NCBI GenBank assembly: GCA_965216755.1
Contig: CBDCGL010000011.1
Coordinates: 96,001 to 160,000, forward strand
DNA from: Alphaproteobacteria bacterium
Lineage (GTDB): Bacteria; Pseudomonadota; Alphaproteobacteria; UBA7887
Direction: 5' to 3'
DNA length: 64,000 bases
A model generated the notes under the pieces. It did not search any database and was not told where the DNA came from. It worked only from the letters and a program-made list of their open reading frames with translations. A program made the translations under genes and the position numbers. Below are positions 39,460 to 50,047 of the stretch, in pieces (position 1 is the stretch's first letter; every line of letters starts with the position of its first letter).

Positions 39460-40106
39460 CAGCCGGTATTCACGATCACAATTCGTCGGTTAATGGCCGA
39501 TTCAGGATCCGCGAATTCGATCAGCTCGGATTCGCCCTTGCCGACATATTGGAGACGATCGGATCGAACACCGTGCGTACGCACCAAATGTTCACGAACG
39601 CTGCGCGCCCGGGCCCAGGACAGCTGCATGTTGTGGGCATCATCACCCGTGGCGTCGGTGTGACCTTCGATGAGAAAACGACAGGGTGCCAACTGATCGA
39701 CCATGATCGCGTCAGCAAGTGTGTCCAACTGCGCAACTCCGTCGGGCGTGAGCTGCGCCGAGTCGATCCGAAAATCCAAATTGAAAGCGATCGCAGCGCC
39801 TTTGCGCCGGTTGACGATAAGTTCGCGCTTCAGATCACGGACCACTGTGGCGTCGGCATTCGCGGCCGCGGCGCTATCGTCCAACTCGTCCACCGAAAAA
39901 GATCGCGGCGCGCCACCCGAGAGGGAATCGGCATGGTCGTCGGTGGCGTTATCTTCCGGCTCATAGACGCGCAAGTCCGCCATCTCGAACGCATGTGTGA
40001 CGTGGGACGATGTCGGCCGCTGGCCATCTTGGCTGACCGCTGGCTCGGCAAGAAAACAACCAACGACCACGGTGGCTGCGCACCAGCCTTTCGGAATTCC
40101 CATCAT
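39456..40106 (-). CDS. OmpA-family peptidoglycan-binding protein
   Basis: FRIDSAQL, IEGHTDATG..HNMQLSWARA, G.GE, NRR. Confidence 0.88.
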   Translation of the reverse strand: MMGIPKGWCAATVVVGCFLAEPAVSQDGQRPTSSHVTHAFEMADLRVYEPEDNATDDHADSLSGGAPRSFSVDELDDSAAAANADATVVRDLKRELIVNRRKGAAIAFNLDFRIDSAQLTPDGVAQLDTLADAIMVDQLAPCRFLIEGHTDATGDDAHNMQLSWARARSVREHLVRTHGVRSDRLQYVGKGESELIEFADPESAINRRIVIVNTGC

Positions 40107-40182
40107 CTTTGATCCCCACTTCCGCTGTGCTCGCCCATTACCTTCGTCGACTCAGACCGTCGCGCGCAACAAATTTGTCGTG

Positions 40183-40971
40183 CTAGGTCGGGTCGTCGGG
40201 GCGCGGCCGGAAGTGTGTTGCACTGTAGCCGCCGTCCACAACCAATGTGTGACCAGAGATATAGGACGCGTCAGCCGAGCATAAGAAAGCCACCGCCGCG
40301 GCTATTTCTTCGGCTCTACCGGGGCGTCGCAACGGCGTGCCGCCGACCAATGCATCGACGAACCACGGGTTTGTCGCCAGCCGCTCCGCGGTCAGCGGTG
40401 TTGCGATGATGCCTGGCGCGACGGCATTGACGCGGATGCCGTCAAGACCATAGTCGGCAGCCATGTTCCGGGTTAGTCCGATGACGGCGGACTTGGCCGC
40501 TGAATATGCCGAGCTGCCACGAAAGCCCGTAATCCCAAAAATGGACGCAATATTGACAATGCATCCGCCGCGGTTTGCAGCGCGCATGGCTTTGACAGAT
40601 TCGCGCGACAGGCGGAATAGCGCCCGAACATTGACGTCTATGAAGCCGTCAAAATTGTCGTCCTCGGTCAGGTGTGCGGGTCGGGCATCGCCGACACCGG
40701 CATTATTGACCAGTATATCGGGCGGACCGCAAACCTCAGAACTGCGTTCGAGGATTCTTGACGGGGCGTCCTCGCTGGTCACGTCGCACTGCAGCGCAAC
40801 AGCCCGTCCCGGGCCATTACCTTGGCGCGTCGTCTCTTCGACATCTTCCCCGTTGCGGTCGACTGCGACGACATTCGCGCCCTCTCGCAAGAGCTGCAGC
40901 GTCGTTGCGCGACCGATTCCGGAGCCGGCTCCCGTGACAACTGCGACACGTTCCGCCAAGCGCTCAACCAT
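40183..40971 (-). CDS. short-chain dehydrogenase/reductase
   Basis: TGAGSGIG, NNAG, YSAAK, VDGG. Confidence 0.93.
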   Translation of the reverse strand: MVERLAERVAVVTGAGSGIGRATTLQLLREGANVVAVDRNGEDVEETTRQGNGPGRAVALQCDVTSEDAPSRILERSSEVCGPPDILVNNAGVGDARPAHLTEDDNFDGFIDVNVRALFRLSRESVKAMRAANRGGCIVNIASIFGITGFRGSSAYSAAKSAVIGLTRNMAADYGLDGIRVNAVAPGIIATPLTAERLATNPWFVDALVGGTPLRRPGRAEEIAAAVAFLCSADASYISGHTLVVDGGYSATHFRPRPDDPT

Positions 40972-41032
40972 GACTATCTCCTATTCAGCACCGTCTTGCT
41001 TATAATCAACCCTACACAAGCGGGAGGCGACA

Positions 41033-42115
41033 ATGGAGTTCGGTTACTTCGGTTTGATGGGCTATCGCGAGCGCGGCACGTCGCCGCACACGGTGTTCGA
41101 AGAACATATCGAGCAGGTGAAACATGCCGACCGCCTCGGCTTCGACACGGCGTGGTTTGCCGAGCATCATTTCTCGAATTATTGCATATGCCCGTCGCCA
41201 TTGCTGATGGCGGCACGCTGTGCCGGTGAGACTGAGCGGATCAAGCTCGGCCCTGCGGTTGTTGTCGTTCCGCTCTATCATCCGGCGCGATTGCTTGCGG
41301 AGATCGGCATGGTCGATTGTGTTTCCAACGGTCGTCTCGTGTTGGGTGTTGGCAGCGGTTACCAGCCATACGAGTTTGACAGGTTTGGCCAAAATTTGTC
41401 TGAAGCGCGCGACAGGTTGGGCGAATTCTTGGCTATGTTGAAAGCTGCGTTTGCGAATGAGACATTCTCATTTGCTGGCAACCAGTACCGGATGCCGACC
41501 ACCCATATCAGTGCGCGCCCGGTTGACGACCTGCCCGAAATCTGGATTGCTGGCGATCACGAATTCGGCCATCGCCTTTGCGCGCGTGAAGGTTATGTGC
41601 CCATGTTTACCGGCCGTTGGGGCGCCGCCGACTATTTGAAAGAACAACGGCAGCGCATCGCGCGGTCATACGCGGCCGAGGGACGCGACCCTGAAACGGT
41701 GCCCATTGGTGTGCAGCGGTTTATGTGCGTGACCGAGAGTCGCGCTGAAACGTTGGACTATGTCGACAATGCGCGCCACCAAATGCGCCTGGCCTCCGCA
41801 TTGCGCCGACGCGCAGAAGTGATGGATGGTGCAATGATGACAGAAGTGCCGATTCCAAACGAAATCAGCCTTGAGGCGATGGCCGACAATCTGTTGGTCG
41901 GCGACTGCGAAACGATCGCCGAGCGCCTGGCAAATGAAATCCGCGCGGCGCGCCCAAAGCAAATGATGTTTCATTTCCAGGTGGGTGGGTCGCCGCACGT
42001 GAAAGCCTTGGAAACCATGGAAAAATTGATGACCACGATCAAGCCACTGGTCGAACGAGAATTGGGGCCGTTAAGTTCGATGAACAGCAGTGGCGGCTCT
42101 ATTGCGGCGGCGTAG
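41033..42115 (+). CDS. LLM class (luciferase-like) flavin-dependent oxidoreductase
   Basis: GFDTAWFAEHHF, P.RLLAE, SNGRLVLGVGSGY. Confidence 0.9.
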   Translation: MEFGYFGLMGYRERGTSPHTVFEEHIEQVKHADRLGFDTAWFAEHHFSNYCICPSPLLMAARCAGETERIKLGPAVVVVPLYHPARLLAEIGMVDCVSNGRLVLGVGSGYQPYEFDRFGQNLSEARDRLGEFLAMLKAAFANETFSFAGNQYRMPTTHISARPVDDLPEIWIAGDHEFGHRLCAREGYVPMFTGRWGAADYLKEQRQRIARSYAAEGRDPETVPIGVQRFMCVTESRAETLDYVDNARHQMRLASALRRRAEVMDGAMMTEVPIPNEISLEAMADNLLVGDCETIAERLANEIRAARPKQMMFHFQVGGSPHVKALETMEKLMTTIKPLVERELGPLSSMNSSGGSIAAA

Positions 42116-42328
42116 GGTTATGCGTCCGGCCGCAAAACGCTGCGCGCCATCCACCTTGATCACGTCAGAATCGACCTGTTTTCGGCCTGTGGGTTCCCAA
42201 GCAGGTTGTTCCCTATGACCGACACGCGTGGCGGCCGGTGTCAAAACGGAACTTGATCCAGGGTTAGGATTTCGGACAATAGACGAGCTTGAAGGCCGGT
42301 TGAAACGACCAATGCCCAGGGGAGGCGT

Positions 42329-43612
42329 GTGACCATGTTGGACAATGTTCAGATCAATATCGCGGGTGGTCTCAATTTCACTCTACCCAATATGGCGCGT
42401 GTTCGACAAAAGTTTGAAAAGCATGGTCTTCCAGACGTGTCGGCGGCCGTAACCGATCAAGTCGCGCGTGACGAGGTCGCGGCAACAATCCAACCAGGTG
42501 CGCGCATCGCGATCGGCGTCGGAAGCCGTGGTGTCGCCAATATCGAAGAAGCAGTGCGGGCACTTGTCGCTGCGATCAAGGCCAAAGGCGGCGATCCATT
42601 TGTATTTCCGGCCATGGGCAGTCATGGCGGCGGAACAGCCGATGCACAGGCCGGTCTTTTGGCCGGTTATGGTGTTACCGAAGAAGCGGTTGGGGCGCCG
42701 ATCCGTGCGACCATGGAGACAGTTGTGGTCGATACCATGGAAGATGGAGTGCCTTTGCACGTCGACCGACTTGCCAACGAGGCGGACGGCATCGTTCTTG
42801 TCAACCGCGTTAAGCCGCACACCAGCTTCCGGGGCGCGATCGAAAGCGGCGTCATCAAAATGATGACGATCGGCATGGGCAAGATCAATGGCGCGTCAGC
42901 CCTGCATGGCGGCTATCTGATGGAGGAATTTGGCGAAGTCTTGTCGCGTGCGGCGGAAAAGATCATGGCCAAGACGCCTTTCCTGTTTGGTCTTGGCATG
43001 GTCGAGGATGCGTTTGATGATACCGCAATTATCGAGGCAATGACCGGGCCCAGGTTGATCGAACGCGAAACCGATCTGCAGGCCAAAGCAAAAGCGCTAA
43101 TGGCGCGGATTTATTTTGATGACATCGACGTGCTGGTGATTGATGAGATTGGCAAGGAAATTAGTGGTAGTGGGTGCGATCCCAACATCACTGGCCGCAA
43201 TATGCGGGGCGTTTCCGGGTTCGAGCTGCCGCGCGTCAAGCGAATCGTGATATTGGACGTGACCGACAAAACAAAAGGGAATGCGACCGGCTTTAGCAGC
43301 GCCGATGTCATCACGCAACGAATGCTCAGCCGGATTGATTTCTCTGTAACCTATGCGAATGTTATCGCGAGCACCTATCTTGAAGGTGGCAAAGTCCCGA
43401 TCCCCATGCAAACCGAGGAAGACGCCGTGCGCCTTGCGGTCAAGTCGCTGAATGGCATCAAGCCGGAGGACGCGCGCATCGTGCGCATCCGCAATACGCT
43501 GGACCTCAGTGAAATTGCGGTTTCGGAACCGATGTTGGCCGAGGTGCGTGCCGACGATCGCATGGAGGTCTTGGAGGACCCACGAGCAATGGCGTATGAC
43601 ACCGCCGCATAA
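42329..43612 (+). CDS. LarA-like (lactate racemase domain) protein
   Basis: GSRG, PAMGSHGG, NRVKPHT, ESG..KM..IGMGK, IGKEISG.G.DPN, RIRNTL. Confidence 0.75.
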   Translation: MTMLDNVQINIAGGLNFTLPNMARVRQKFEKHGLPDVSAAVTDQVARDEVAATIQPGARIAIGVGSRGVANIEEAVRALVAAIKAKGGDPFVFPAMGSHGGGTADAQAGLLAGYGVTEEAVGAPIRATMETVVVDTMEDGVPLHVDRLANEADGIVLVNRVKPHTSFRGAIESGVIKMMTIGMGKINGASALHGGYLMEEFGEVLSRAAEKIMAKTPFLFGLGMVEDAFDDTAIIEAMTGPRLIERETDLQAKAKALMARIYFDDIDVLVIDEIGKEISGSGCDPNITGRNMRGVSGFELPRVKRIVILDVTDKTKGNATGFSSADVITQRMLSRIDFSVTYANVIASTYLEGGKVPIPMQTEEDAVRLAVKSLNGIKPEDARIVRIRNTLDLSEIAVSEPMLAEVRADDRMEVLEDPRAMAYDTAA

Positions 43613-43654
43613 GATATCGGCGTTGCCCCACGGTCGCTGGGCCGCGGTGTCCGA

Positions 43655-44878
43655 TTAGATGATCATCTGATCTCGAAGGTCCCGGATTTCCTCGGCGGAG
43701 AGCCCGAGAAGGCTGCTGAAGACTTCGTCCACGTGCGCGCTGAATTCCGGGCCTAGCCAGTCGATTCCGCCTGGCGTCGCGGTTAGCCGCGGAACGGTGT
43801 TTGGCACCGCGACTCGCCCGACACGGGGATCGTCAATGAACGCGATGTTTCCGCGCGCCCGGTATTGAGGATCGTCGAAAATCTCGTCGATGGCATAGAC
43901 GGGTCCGCATGGCACCGATGCTTTGCTACACAAAGTCAGCAATGTTTCGCGATCGTGCTCACGACACCAACCCGCAACCAAGGCGTCGACATCCGCGCGC
44001 GCCGCTTCGCGTTGGGCGACCGTACCATATTTTCCCTCTCGGGCGATGTCGGGGCACCCCATGAGCGCGGCCAAACGGTCAAAAATCTTGTCATTCGTGC
44101 AGGCAATCGCCACCCAACGTTCGCACTTGGTCTGATAGTGGCTGTGGGGCACCGCATTGACCGTGCCGGCGCCCATTCTTTGGCGCACATAGCCGGTTTG
44201 AGCATATGCAGGCGCAAGTTCGTCGAGGATTCGAAAGATCGGCTCGTAGAGGCCAACATCGACGACTTGACCTATTCCCGTCTGATCGCGGGCGCGAAGT
44301 GCGACCAGCACGCCAAAAGCGCCAAATATTCCCGATAGATAGTCGGCAAGGGTCGCCGAGCCCGGGATGGCCGGCGGCCGGTCGGGATCACCGGCCAGAT
44401 ATGAAATTCCGCCGAACCCGTTGCCGATGCGACCAAAGCCAGGTCGCTGTGCGTAGGGACCAGTTTGGCCATAACCCGTGACGCGCAGCATGACCAGACC
44501 TGGATGAATGGCCTGCAGCGTTTCGAAGCCAACACCCCAGCGCTCCAAAGTGCCGGCACGGAAATTCTCGCAAACAACGTCGGCGGTGGCGACCAGCTCC
44601 TTAAATAGATCCGCGCCGCGCTCCGTTCGGAGATCTAGACTGACACATTTCTTATTTCGTGCTTCGCTGAGCCACAGCAATGTATCCCCACCGTCCGTGT
44701 TGGTACCCAAGCGACGTAACGAATCCCCGTCGCCGGGCAGCTCGACTTTGATCACCTCAGCCCCAAACTCACCCAACAGCGTTGCACAAAATGGCGCCGC
44801 GATAAATGTTGCGGCGTCGATCACCCGAATGCCAGTGAGGGGACGTGTCCCGGCGCCAGGGGGGTCAGTCAATACCAT
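43655..44878 (-). CDS. CaiB/BaiF family III CoA-transferase
   Basis: GEFGAEVIKVE, RNKK, ENFRAG, GYGQTGP. Confidence 0.92.
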   Translation of the reverse strand: MVLTDPPGAGTRPLTGIRVIDAATFIAAPFCATLLGEFGAEVIKVELPGDGDSLRRLGTNTDGGDTLLWLSEARNKKCVSLDLRTERGADLFKELVATADVVCENFRAGTLERWGVGFETLQAIHPGLVMLRVTGYGQTGPYAQRPGFGRIGNGFGGISYLAGDPDRPPAIPGSATLADYLSGIFGAFGVLVALRARDQTGIGQVVDVGLYEPIFRILDELAPAYAQTGYVRQRMGAGTVNAVPHSHYQTKCERWVAIACTNDKIFDRLAALMGCPDIAREGKYGTVAQREAARADVDALVAGWCREHDRETLLTLCSKASVPCGPVYAIDEIFDDPQYRARGNIAFIDDPRVGRVAVPNTVPRLTATPGGIDWLGPEFSAHVDEVFSSLLGLSAEEIRDLRDQMII

Positions 44879-44929
44879 TCGAGGTCTTGCCTTGTTTTGG
44901 CCACGTGCATTTCTATAGGGCAGGCATGA

Positions 44930-46078
44930 TCAGTCGGCTATTGGAAACCCATAGAGCTTGCCCGCATTGCTGCAAACAATCTTCCGACGTGTCGCCGCGG
45001 AAAGGTGACCAAGCTCGCGATCGATGAAGTCCCGTGAATCGGGCCAGACCCCGTCGGGATGTGGAAAGTCCGACCCCCACATCACATTGTCTTCGCCGAG
45101 TTCGTCCAAGAGCCGAATCCCGATCCGATCACTTTGATACGTTGCCATGCATTGTCGCCGCCAATAGGCTGACGGCGGAATCGTCAAGGTCAGATCTTTG
45201 AATTGGTCCTTCCATTCCAGATCCATGTGATCCAGCACATATGGTATCCAGCCAATACCGGCTTCACCGATCACGACTTTAAGGGTTGCATGAGCTTCGA
45301 GAACCCCGCCAAAGATCATCTCCATAAGAAATCGTGACATACCAAGCTGGAATCCGGTGATGAACACGGCCCAGGCTTGGCGCTGTTGCAGCTTTGGAAG
45401 GAGAGACAGGTTGGGCGGCTTGCCGCCGATGGTGTGAAAGTGGAGTGGTAACTTGGTTGCGGCGACAGCCTGCCAAAGCGGCGTCCATTTGGGATCGTAC
45501 AGTGGGTCCATGTCGTGGGTCAGCGCGATCTCAAAGCCACGCAAGACACCCTCGCGACCGACCCGTTCGATTTCCGCGACGGCAGCATCTATATCGTGGT
45601 TCGGAATTGGCGCAATTCCAGCATAGCGTTCCGGATGACTCCGACAAAACTCGCCAAGCCAGCGATTGTAGATCTCCATCATCACTACGCTGGCCTCAGG
45701 ATCATTGAGGCGCTGCGCCGCACCGAGAATGCCATAGAGGACTTCGCCCTGGACGCCATCGCGATCTTGGTCCGTAAGCCTGAGATTCGGATCGGTTAGT
45801 CGGCGAATACCGCGTAGGCCGTCTTCATAGAGCCCGGTCGCCGCCATGCGGTCGGAACGATGGATCTCACCGGGGACATAGCGTCGTCCCGCCGAACCCA
45901 TTCCATTTTGCAGGCCAAAGTGGGCGCCGCCCCGGCTCACCCATACGGGCCCTTGCGCGCTATCAGTTACGTGAGGCATGCGAGCTTGAAAGGGTTTCGG
46001 GGCATTTGCCGTAAAGAGGTCTGGCGGCAGCCAAATTAGGTCGATATGGCAGTCAGCTGAAATCACCTCATAATGCAT
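44930..46078 (-). CDS. amidohydrolase family 2 protein
   Basis: ISADCH, HFH, EAGIGW, MWGSDFPHPD. Confidence 0.88.
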   Translation of the reverse strand: MHYEVISADCHIDLIWLPPDLFTANAPKPFQARMPHVTDSAQGPVWVSRGGAHFGLQNGMGSAGRRYVPGEIHRSDRMAATGLYEDGLRGIRRLTDPNLRLTDQDRDGVQGEVLYGILGAAQRLNDPEASVVMMEIYNRWLGEFCRSHPERYAGIAPIPNHDIDAAVAEIERVGREGVLRGFEIALTHDMDPLYDPKWTPLWQAVAATKLPLHFHTIGGKPPNLSLLPKLQQRQAWAVFITGFQLGMSRFLMEMIFGGVLEAHATLKVVIGEAGIGWIPYVLDHMDLEWKDQFKDLTLTIPPSAYWRRQCMATYQSDRIGIRLLDELGEDNVMWGSDFPHPDGVWPDSRDFIDRELGHLSAATRRKIVCSNAGKLYGFPIAD

Positions 46079-46297
46079 TATCGCCGCTTGCTCCCTTCAC
46101 GAGCACCAGTTCTTGCGATGCACATTTCGGGCCGCTGTCGTCTCAGCGAAATCGCATGCGCACAACTTCGTCTGGTGAAACGGCGTGGCAAAACAGGCCA
46201 CAACCACTACACTTGACCGCCAATTTCCCAAAGAAGTTACAGGCAGTTTAACACACGTTAAGTGCAACGTGGCGCAACGCTGTTGATCTTTGTGATC

Positions 46298-47179
46298 ATG
46301 GTCGATATTGATTTTGAAGCGCTCCAACGCAGCCTTGTCCGCCGCGAAGCTCCCGCCACCGACGGTCCGCCGACCAATGTGCCGGTAGATCACGCTGTAA
46401 CCATGGCCGCCGCGGCTGATGAAGTCGAGGCCTGCATGCTTGAGCTCAAACAGGCCGGGAGCAATTTGGTCGCCGAAGTTTTGCGGGACCAGGGTGAGTT
46501 TGTGCAACTCAAGCACTATCCGGCTGGCGACATCTACGATCCGGAGACTTGCTCACAATACTTCTACCATGCCCATCGTGAGGGCGAGCACGGTCATTTC
46601 CACGTATTTCTCCGCCCGGGGCGCATGTCCGGTGATATCGCCCCCGCGTCGATGCCGGATTCGGTCGCACGTCCACTGGGACGCGAGGCCTTGGGCCATA
46701 TCATCGCCATATCTATGGACCGGCGGGGCGAACCGATTAGGCTCTTTACGGCCAACCGCTGGCTTACCGGTGAGACTTGGTATGGGGCGGCGGAGGTTGC
46801 CGCAATGATCGATCTATTCCGCATCGGCCATGCGCGGCCGTCCGGTCTGACCAATCGGTGGGTGGGCGCCATGTTGCGGCTGTTTCGACCGCAAATCGAA
46901 TGGTTGTTGCGTGAGCGCGACGCAGCGGTAGACGTTTGGCAAGCCGGACATCCGGACAGTGTGGTGTATGAGGACCGCGGTTTGGATATTACGTCCATGC
47001 TGAATATCTCTGTTGACGACCAGATCCAACGCGTACGCGCCGCCGCCGGCTCAGCACCCTGTGTGCCGGGGCGTCGCCACCCACGGACAGCCGGAGATGA
47101 AACAGCACGTCAATTGCCTGATGCCATTGGTTCCGAATATGCACCGGACCAGCCAACAATTCCACCGGATGCCAGATGA
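46298..47179 (+). CDS. conserved hypothetical His-rich protein (DUF6969-like)
   Basis: HYP.GD.YD, QYFYHAH, EHGHFH, AISMD, LFTANRWLTGE; family name recalled, not searched. Confidence 0.6.
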   Translation: MVDIDFEALQRSLVRREAPATDGPPTNVPVDHAVTMAAAADEVEACMLELKQAGSNLVAEVLRDQGEFVQLKHYPAGDIYDPETCSQYFYHAHREGEHGHFHVFLRPGRMSGDIAPASMPDSVARPLGREALGHIIAISMDRRGEPIRLFTANRWLTGETWYGAAEVAAMIDLFRIGHARPSGLTNRWVGAMLRLFRPQIEWLLRERDAAVDVWQAGHPDSVVYEDRGLDITSMLNISVDDQIQRVRAAAGSAPCVPGRRHPRTAGDETARQLPDAIGSEYAPDQPTIPPDAR

Positions 47180-47549
47180 ACGATCTGTCGCAAAAAAATA
47201 AGCACAGATGTAATTAGTTAAAAAATCATATTTAGAAAGAACCAACTGAAACCAAAGGGTGGGTCTTCACGCCGTTCTTCCCTCGCCACCGGTATGCGAC
47301 GTTTAACGGCGGGCCGGGGGTGGTGATCTCTGAACCCTTTGGCACAAGGCCGATTATCGCCTAAACTCCCACGTCATGTCGCCATGTCAAAGCCGACTGG
47401 CGAATATACTGGGCGAATGGCACGGGAGAGTATCCACGATATCCAGCTAGACGCGGCCGCGCACGTTAGGTCTATGCGACCAAGGCCCCGCCGGGGCCAA
47501 CATTCGCAAGAGGGTAAGGCTAGCGTGTTCGATCGAGGAGATTCGCGAT

Positions 47550-48020
47550 ATGACCGAAACAACCGTAGCGACGCATCATGATGTCCAAGAGCGCTTTACA
47601 TCGGCGTTGCGGGTATTTGTCGGCCAGGGGAGAGCTTATTCCGTGGCGTCGATCGCCGAGGCGTCGGGTATTCCGCACCGCACAATGAAGGCATACCACC
47701 AAGGCCAGGCGACACCAGGTTTACAAAATCTGCTGTCGTTGGTTGCGGTGTTGCCGCCGGCGTTCGCGAACGCGTTGCTTGAATATGCCGGACTGACCGG
47801 CGCGCATCGCGTCGACGGCCCTAACTTGACGCCACATAAGGTCTTAGCACAAATGTGCGACGAGGCGGCCCAGCTTGCCCATGAATTGTCTGATGGCGAA
47901 CTCAATCACATTGAAAGAGCAGAATTGCGGCGCCGATTGCCTGACTTGATCGCCAAGCTGGCAACATTCAATGCTCAACTGCAAGAACGTGCGGTCCGCG
48001 GCCGGCCGCCCTCAGCATAG
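47550..48020 (+). CDS. XRE-type HTH protein with a phage CII-like C-terminal region
   Basis: SVASIAEASGIPHRTMKAYHQGQATP HTH; LSDGELNHIERAEL C-terminal motif; GAGGAG RBS. Confidence 0.65.
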   Translation: MTETTVATHHDVQERFTSALRVFVGQGRAYSVASIAEASGIPHRTMKAYHQGQATPGLQNLLSLVAVLPPAFANALLEYAGLTGAHRVDGPNLTPHKVLAQMCDEAAQLAHELSDGELNHIERAELRRRLPDLIAKLATFNAQLQERAVRGRPPSA

Positions 48021-48055
48021 ACAAGTGGTGTCTCAAGTCCGGTTATGGCGGTACG

Positions 48056-49153
48056 TCATAGAACCATATCGCTGGTGGGGTCGATGACATGGGTCTGGCG
48101 CGCATCAATGGCCAGCGGCAAGGCAACACCAGGTTTCGGATCGGCCTCGGGCACGACGCGCGCGCATAGATCCGCGTTATTCAGCGTAAAATAGACCATC
48201 GTTTCCATACCCAACGGCTCAACCACTTCAGGCCTTACCGTACAAACTGTGAGATCAGCACTGCTGGCATCGGCTTGTTCACGGAAATGTTCTGGGCGAA
48301 TTCCAAGGAGCAACTCCTTTCCCACATAAGGTTGATATCGCTCATTGCGATCCGCGGGCAGGGGTAGCGTAAACTCATCGTCGATCCGCGCCGCCATCGC
48401 ACCGTTCGCGCGCCCAAGCGTACAGGGAATGAAATTCATTGCTGGCGAGCCGATAAATCCGGCGACAAACCGCGTGCGTGGTGCGTGATAGAGCTCACCG
48501 GGCGTTCCAATCTGCTCAATTTCTCCGGCATTCATGACTACGACGCGGTCCGCCAGCGTCATGGCCTCGACCTGGTCGTGGGTGACATACACAGTGGTTG
48601 TGCGCACACGTTGGTGAATGCGCTTGATCTCGGTTCGCATTTGGCCGCGCAGTTTCGCATCCAAATTGCTCAGCGGTTCGTCAAACAAAAAAACCTGCGG
48701 ATCGCGCACAATCGACCGGCCCATCGCGACACGCTGTCGTTGGCCGCCGGACAATTGACGTGGTCTGCGTTCGAGCAAATCTGTCAGTCCCAAGATCGAC
48801 GCTGCCGCCGTAACGCGCTGCTCGATCTCGGCTTTAGGAAATTTCCTTAGACGCAAGCCAAAGGACATGTTCTGGTGCACTGTCATATGCGGATAGAGCG
48901 CATAGTTTTGAAAGACCATCGCAATATCACGATCCTTGGGTGGCACGTCGTTGACACGATGGCCGCCAATGAAAATATCACCGCCGGTAGCATCTTCTAG
49001 GCCGGCAATCATGCGCAGGGTCGTGCTCTTGCCACAGCCAGACGGCCCCACCAAAACAACAAACTCATTGTTCGCGATTTCCAAGTCGATACTTCGCACC
49101 GCTTCGGTTCGGTCGAAGCTCTTGGACAAACTTTGCAATCGAACGTCAGCCAT
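48056..49153 (-). CDS. carbohydrate ABC transporter ATP-binding protein (MalK/UgpC-like)
   Basis: [31 protein letters not shown]-terminal TOBE region. Confidence 0.95.
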   Translation of the reverse strand: MADVRLQSLSKSFDRTEAVRSIDLEIANNEFVVLVGPSGCGKSTTLRMIAGLEDATGGDIFIGGHRVNDVPPKDRDIAMVFQNYALYPHMTVHQNMSFGLRLRKFPKAEIEQRVTAAASILGLTDLLERRPRQLSGGQRQRVAMGRSIVRDPQVFLFDEPLSNLDAKLRGQMRTEIKRIHQRVRTTTVYVTHDQVEAMTLADRVVVMNAGEIEQIGTPGELYHAPRTRFVAGFIGSPAMNFIPCTLGRANGAMAARIDDEFTLPLPADRNERYQPYVGKELLLGIRPEHFREQADASSADLTVCTVRPEVVEPLGMETMVYFTLNNADLCARVVPEADPKPGVALPLAIDARQTHVIDPTSDMVL

Positions 49154-49159
49154 AACGCC

Positions 49160-50047
49160 TTACCCCTTGGTCGCGCCCGACGTGAGACCGGCAATGTAGT
49201 AATCCATGAGGAAGGCGTAGATAATCACAGGCGGCGCGGCCGCGAGTAGAGCACCCGCCATCAAGCCGCCCCAATGGAATACGTCGCCCTTGATCAACGT
49301 CGTCACCGTACCAACCGTTAAAACCATCTGATCATCGCTATAAAGGTATGCCAAAGGATAAATGAATGACGCCCATGACACGGTGAAGGCAAAAATCATT
49401 GCCGCAATAATTCCAGGCAAGGCCACGGGTACGAAAACCTTCACCAGCATCTGAATATGGTTGGCGCCATCGATCAGGGCTGCTTCATCGAGCTCTTTTG
49501 GAATCGATGAAAAATAGCCGATCATGATCCACGTACAGAAAGGCACCGTCAGCGTTGGATAGACCAATACCAGGACCCAGTATGAGTTCAGCAAGCCGAG
49601 CCATCCGACGATCTTAAACAGAGGTATGAACAACAGTGTGTCAGGTACCAAATAAGTCAGAAAAACGCCGGTTGCCAATACACCTGCACCCCAGAACCTT
49701 AGGCGCGACAGGGCATACGCCGCGAGAACGCTAAACACCATTGTGATTGCGACAACACATAGCGTGACAATTGCGGTGTTGAGGAAGTATCGCGGGAAGC
49801 TGGTTTCCGTCAGCAATCCCCAGTAGTGAGCAATCGTCGGGCCTTGTTCAATAATCCATGGATTTGTCGACAACGCGGCGATTTCAGCATTGGTTTTGAA
49901 CGACGTGACCAGCATGTAGTACGGCGGAAAAAGAAAAAACACGACGAACAGGCCCAGGCACCCATAAGCTGCGATTAGCGCCCAGCGGCGATTGCGTGCG
50001 CGGCTGGCCGATCGGGTCGAGCCCACCGCTTCAGAGAGTGTCGCCAT
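49160..50047 (-). CDS. carbohydrate ABC transporter permease
   Basis: EAA motif ELDEAALIDGA; hydrophobic helices. Confidence 0.93.
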   Translation of the reverse strand: MATLSEAVGSTRSASRARNRRWALIAAYGCLGLFVVFFLFPPYYMLVTSFKTNAEIAALSTNPWIIEQGPTIAHYWGLLTETSFPRYFLNTAIVTLCVVAITMVFSVLAAYALSRLRFWGAGVLATGVFLTYLVPDTLLFIPLFKIVGWLGLLNSYWVLVLVYPTLTVPFCTWIMIGYFSSIPKELDEAALIDGANHIQMLVKVFVPVALPGIIAAMIFAFTVSWASFIYPLAYLYSDDQMVLTVGTVTTLIKGDVFHWGGLMAGALLAAAPPVIIYAFLMDYYIAGLTSGATKG

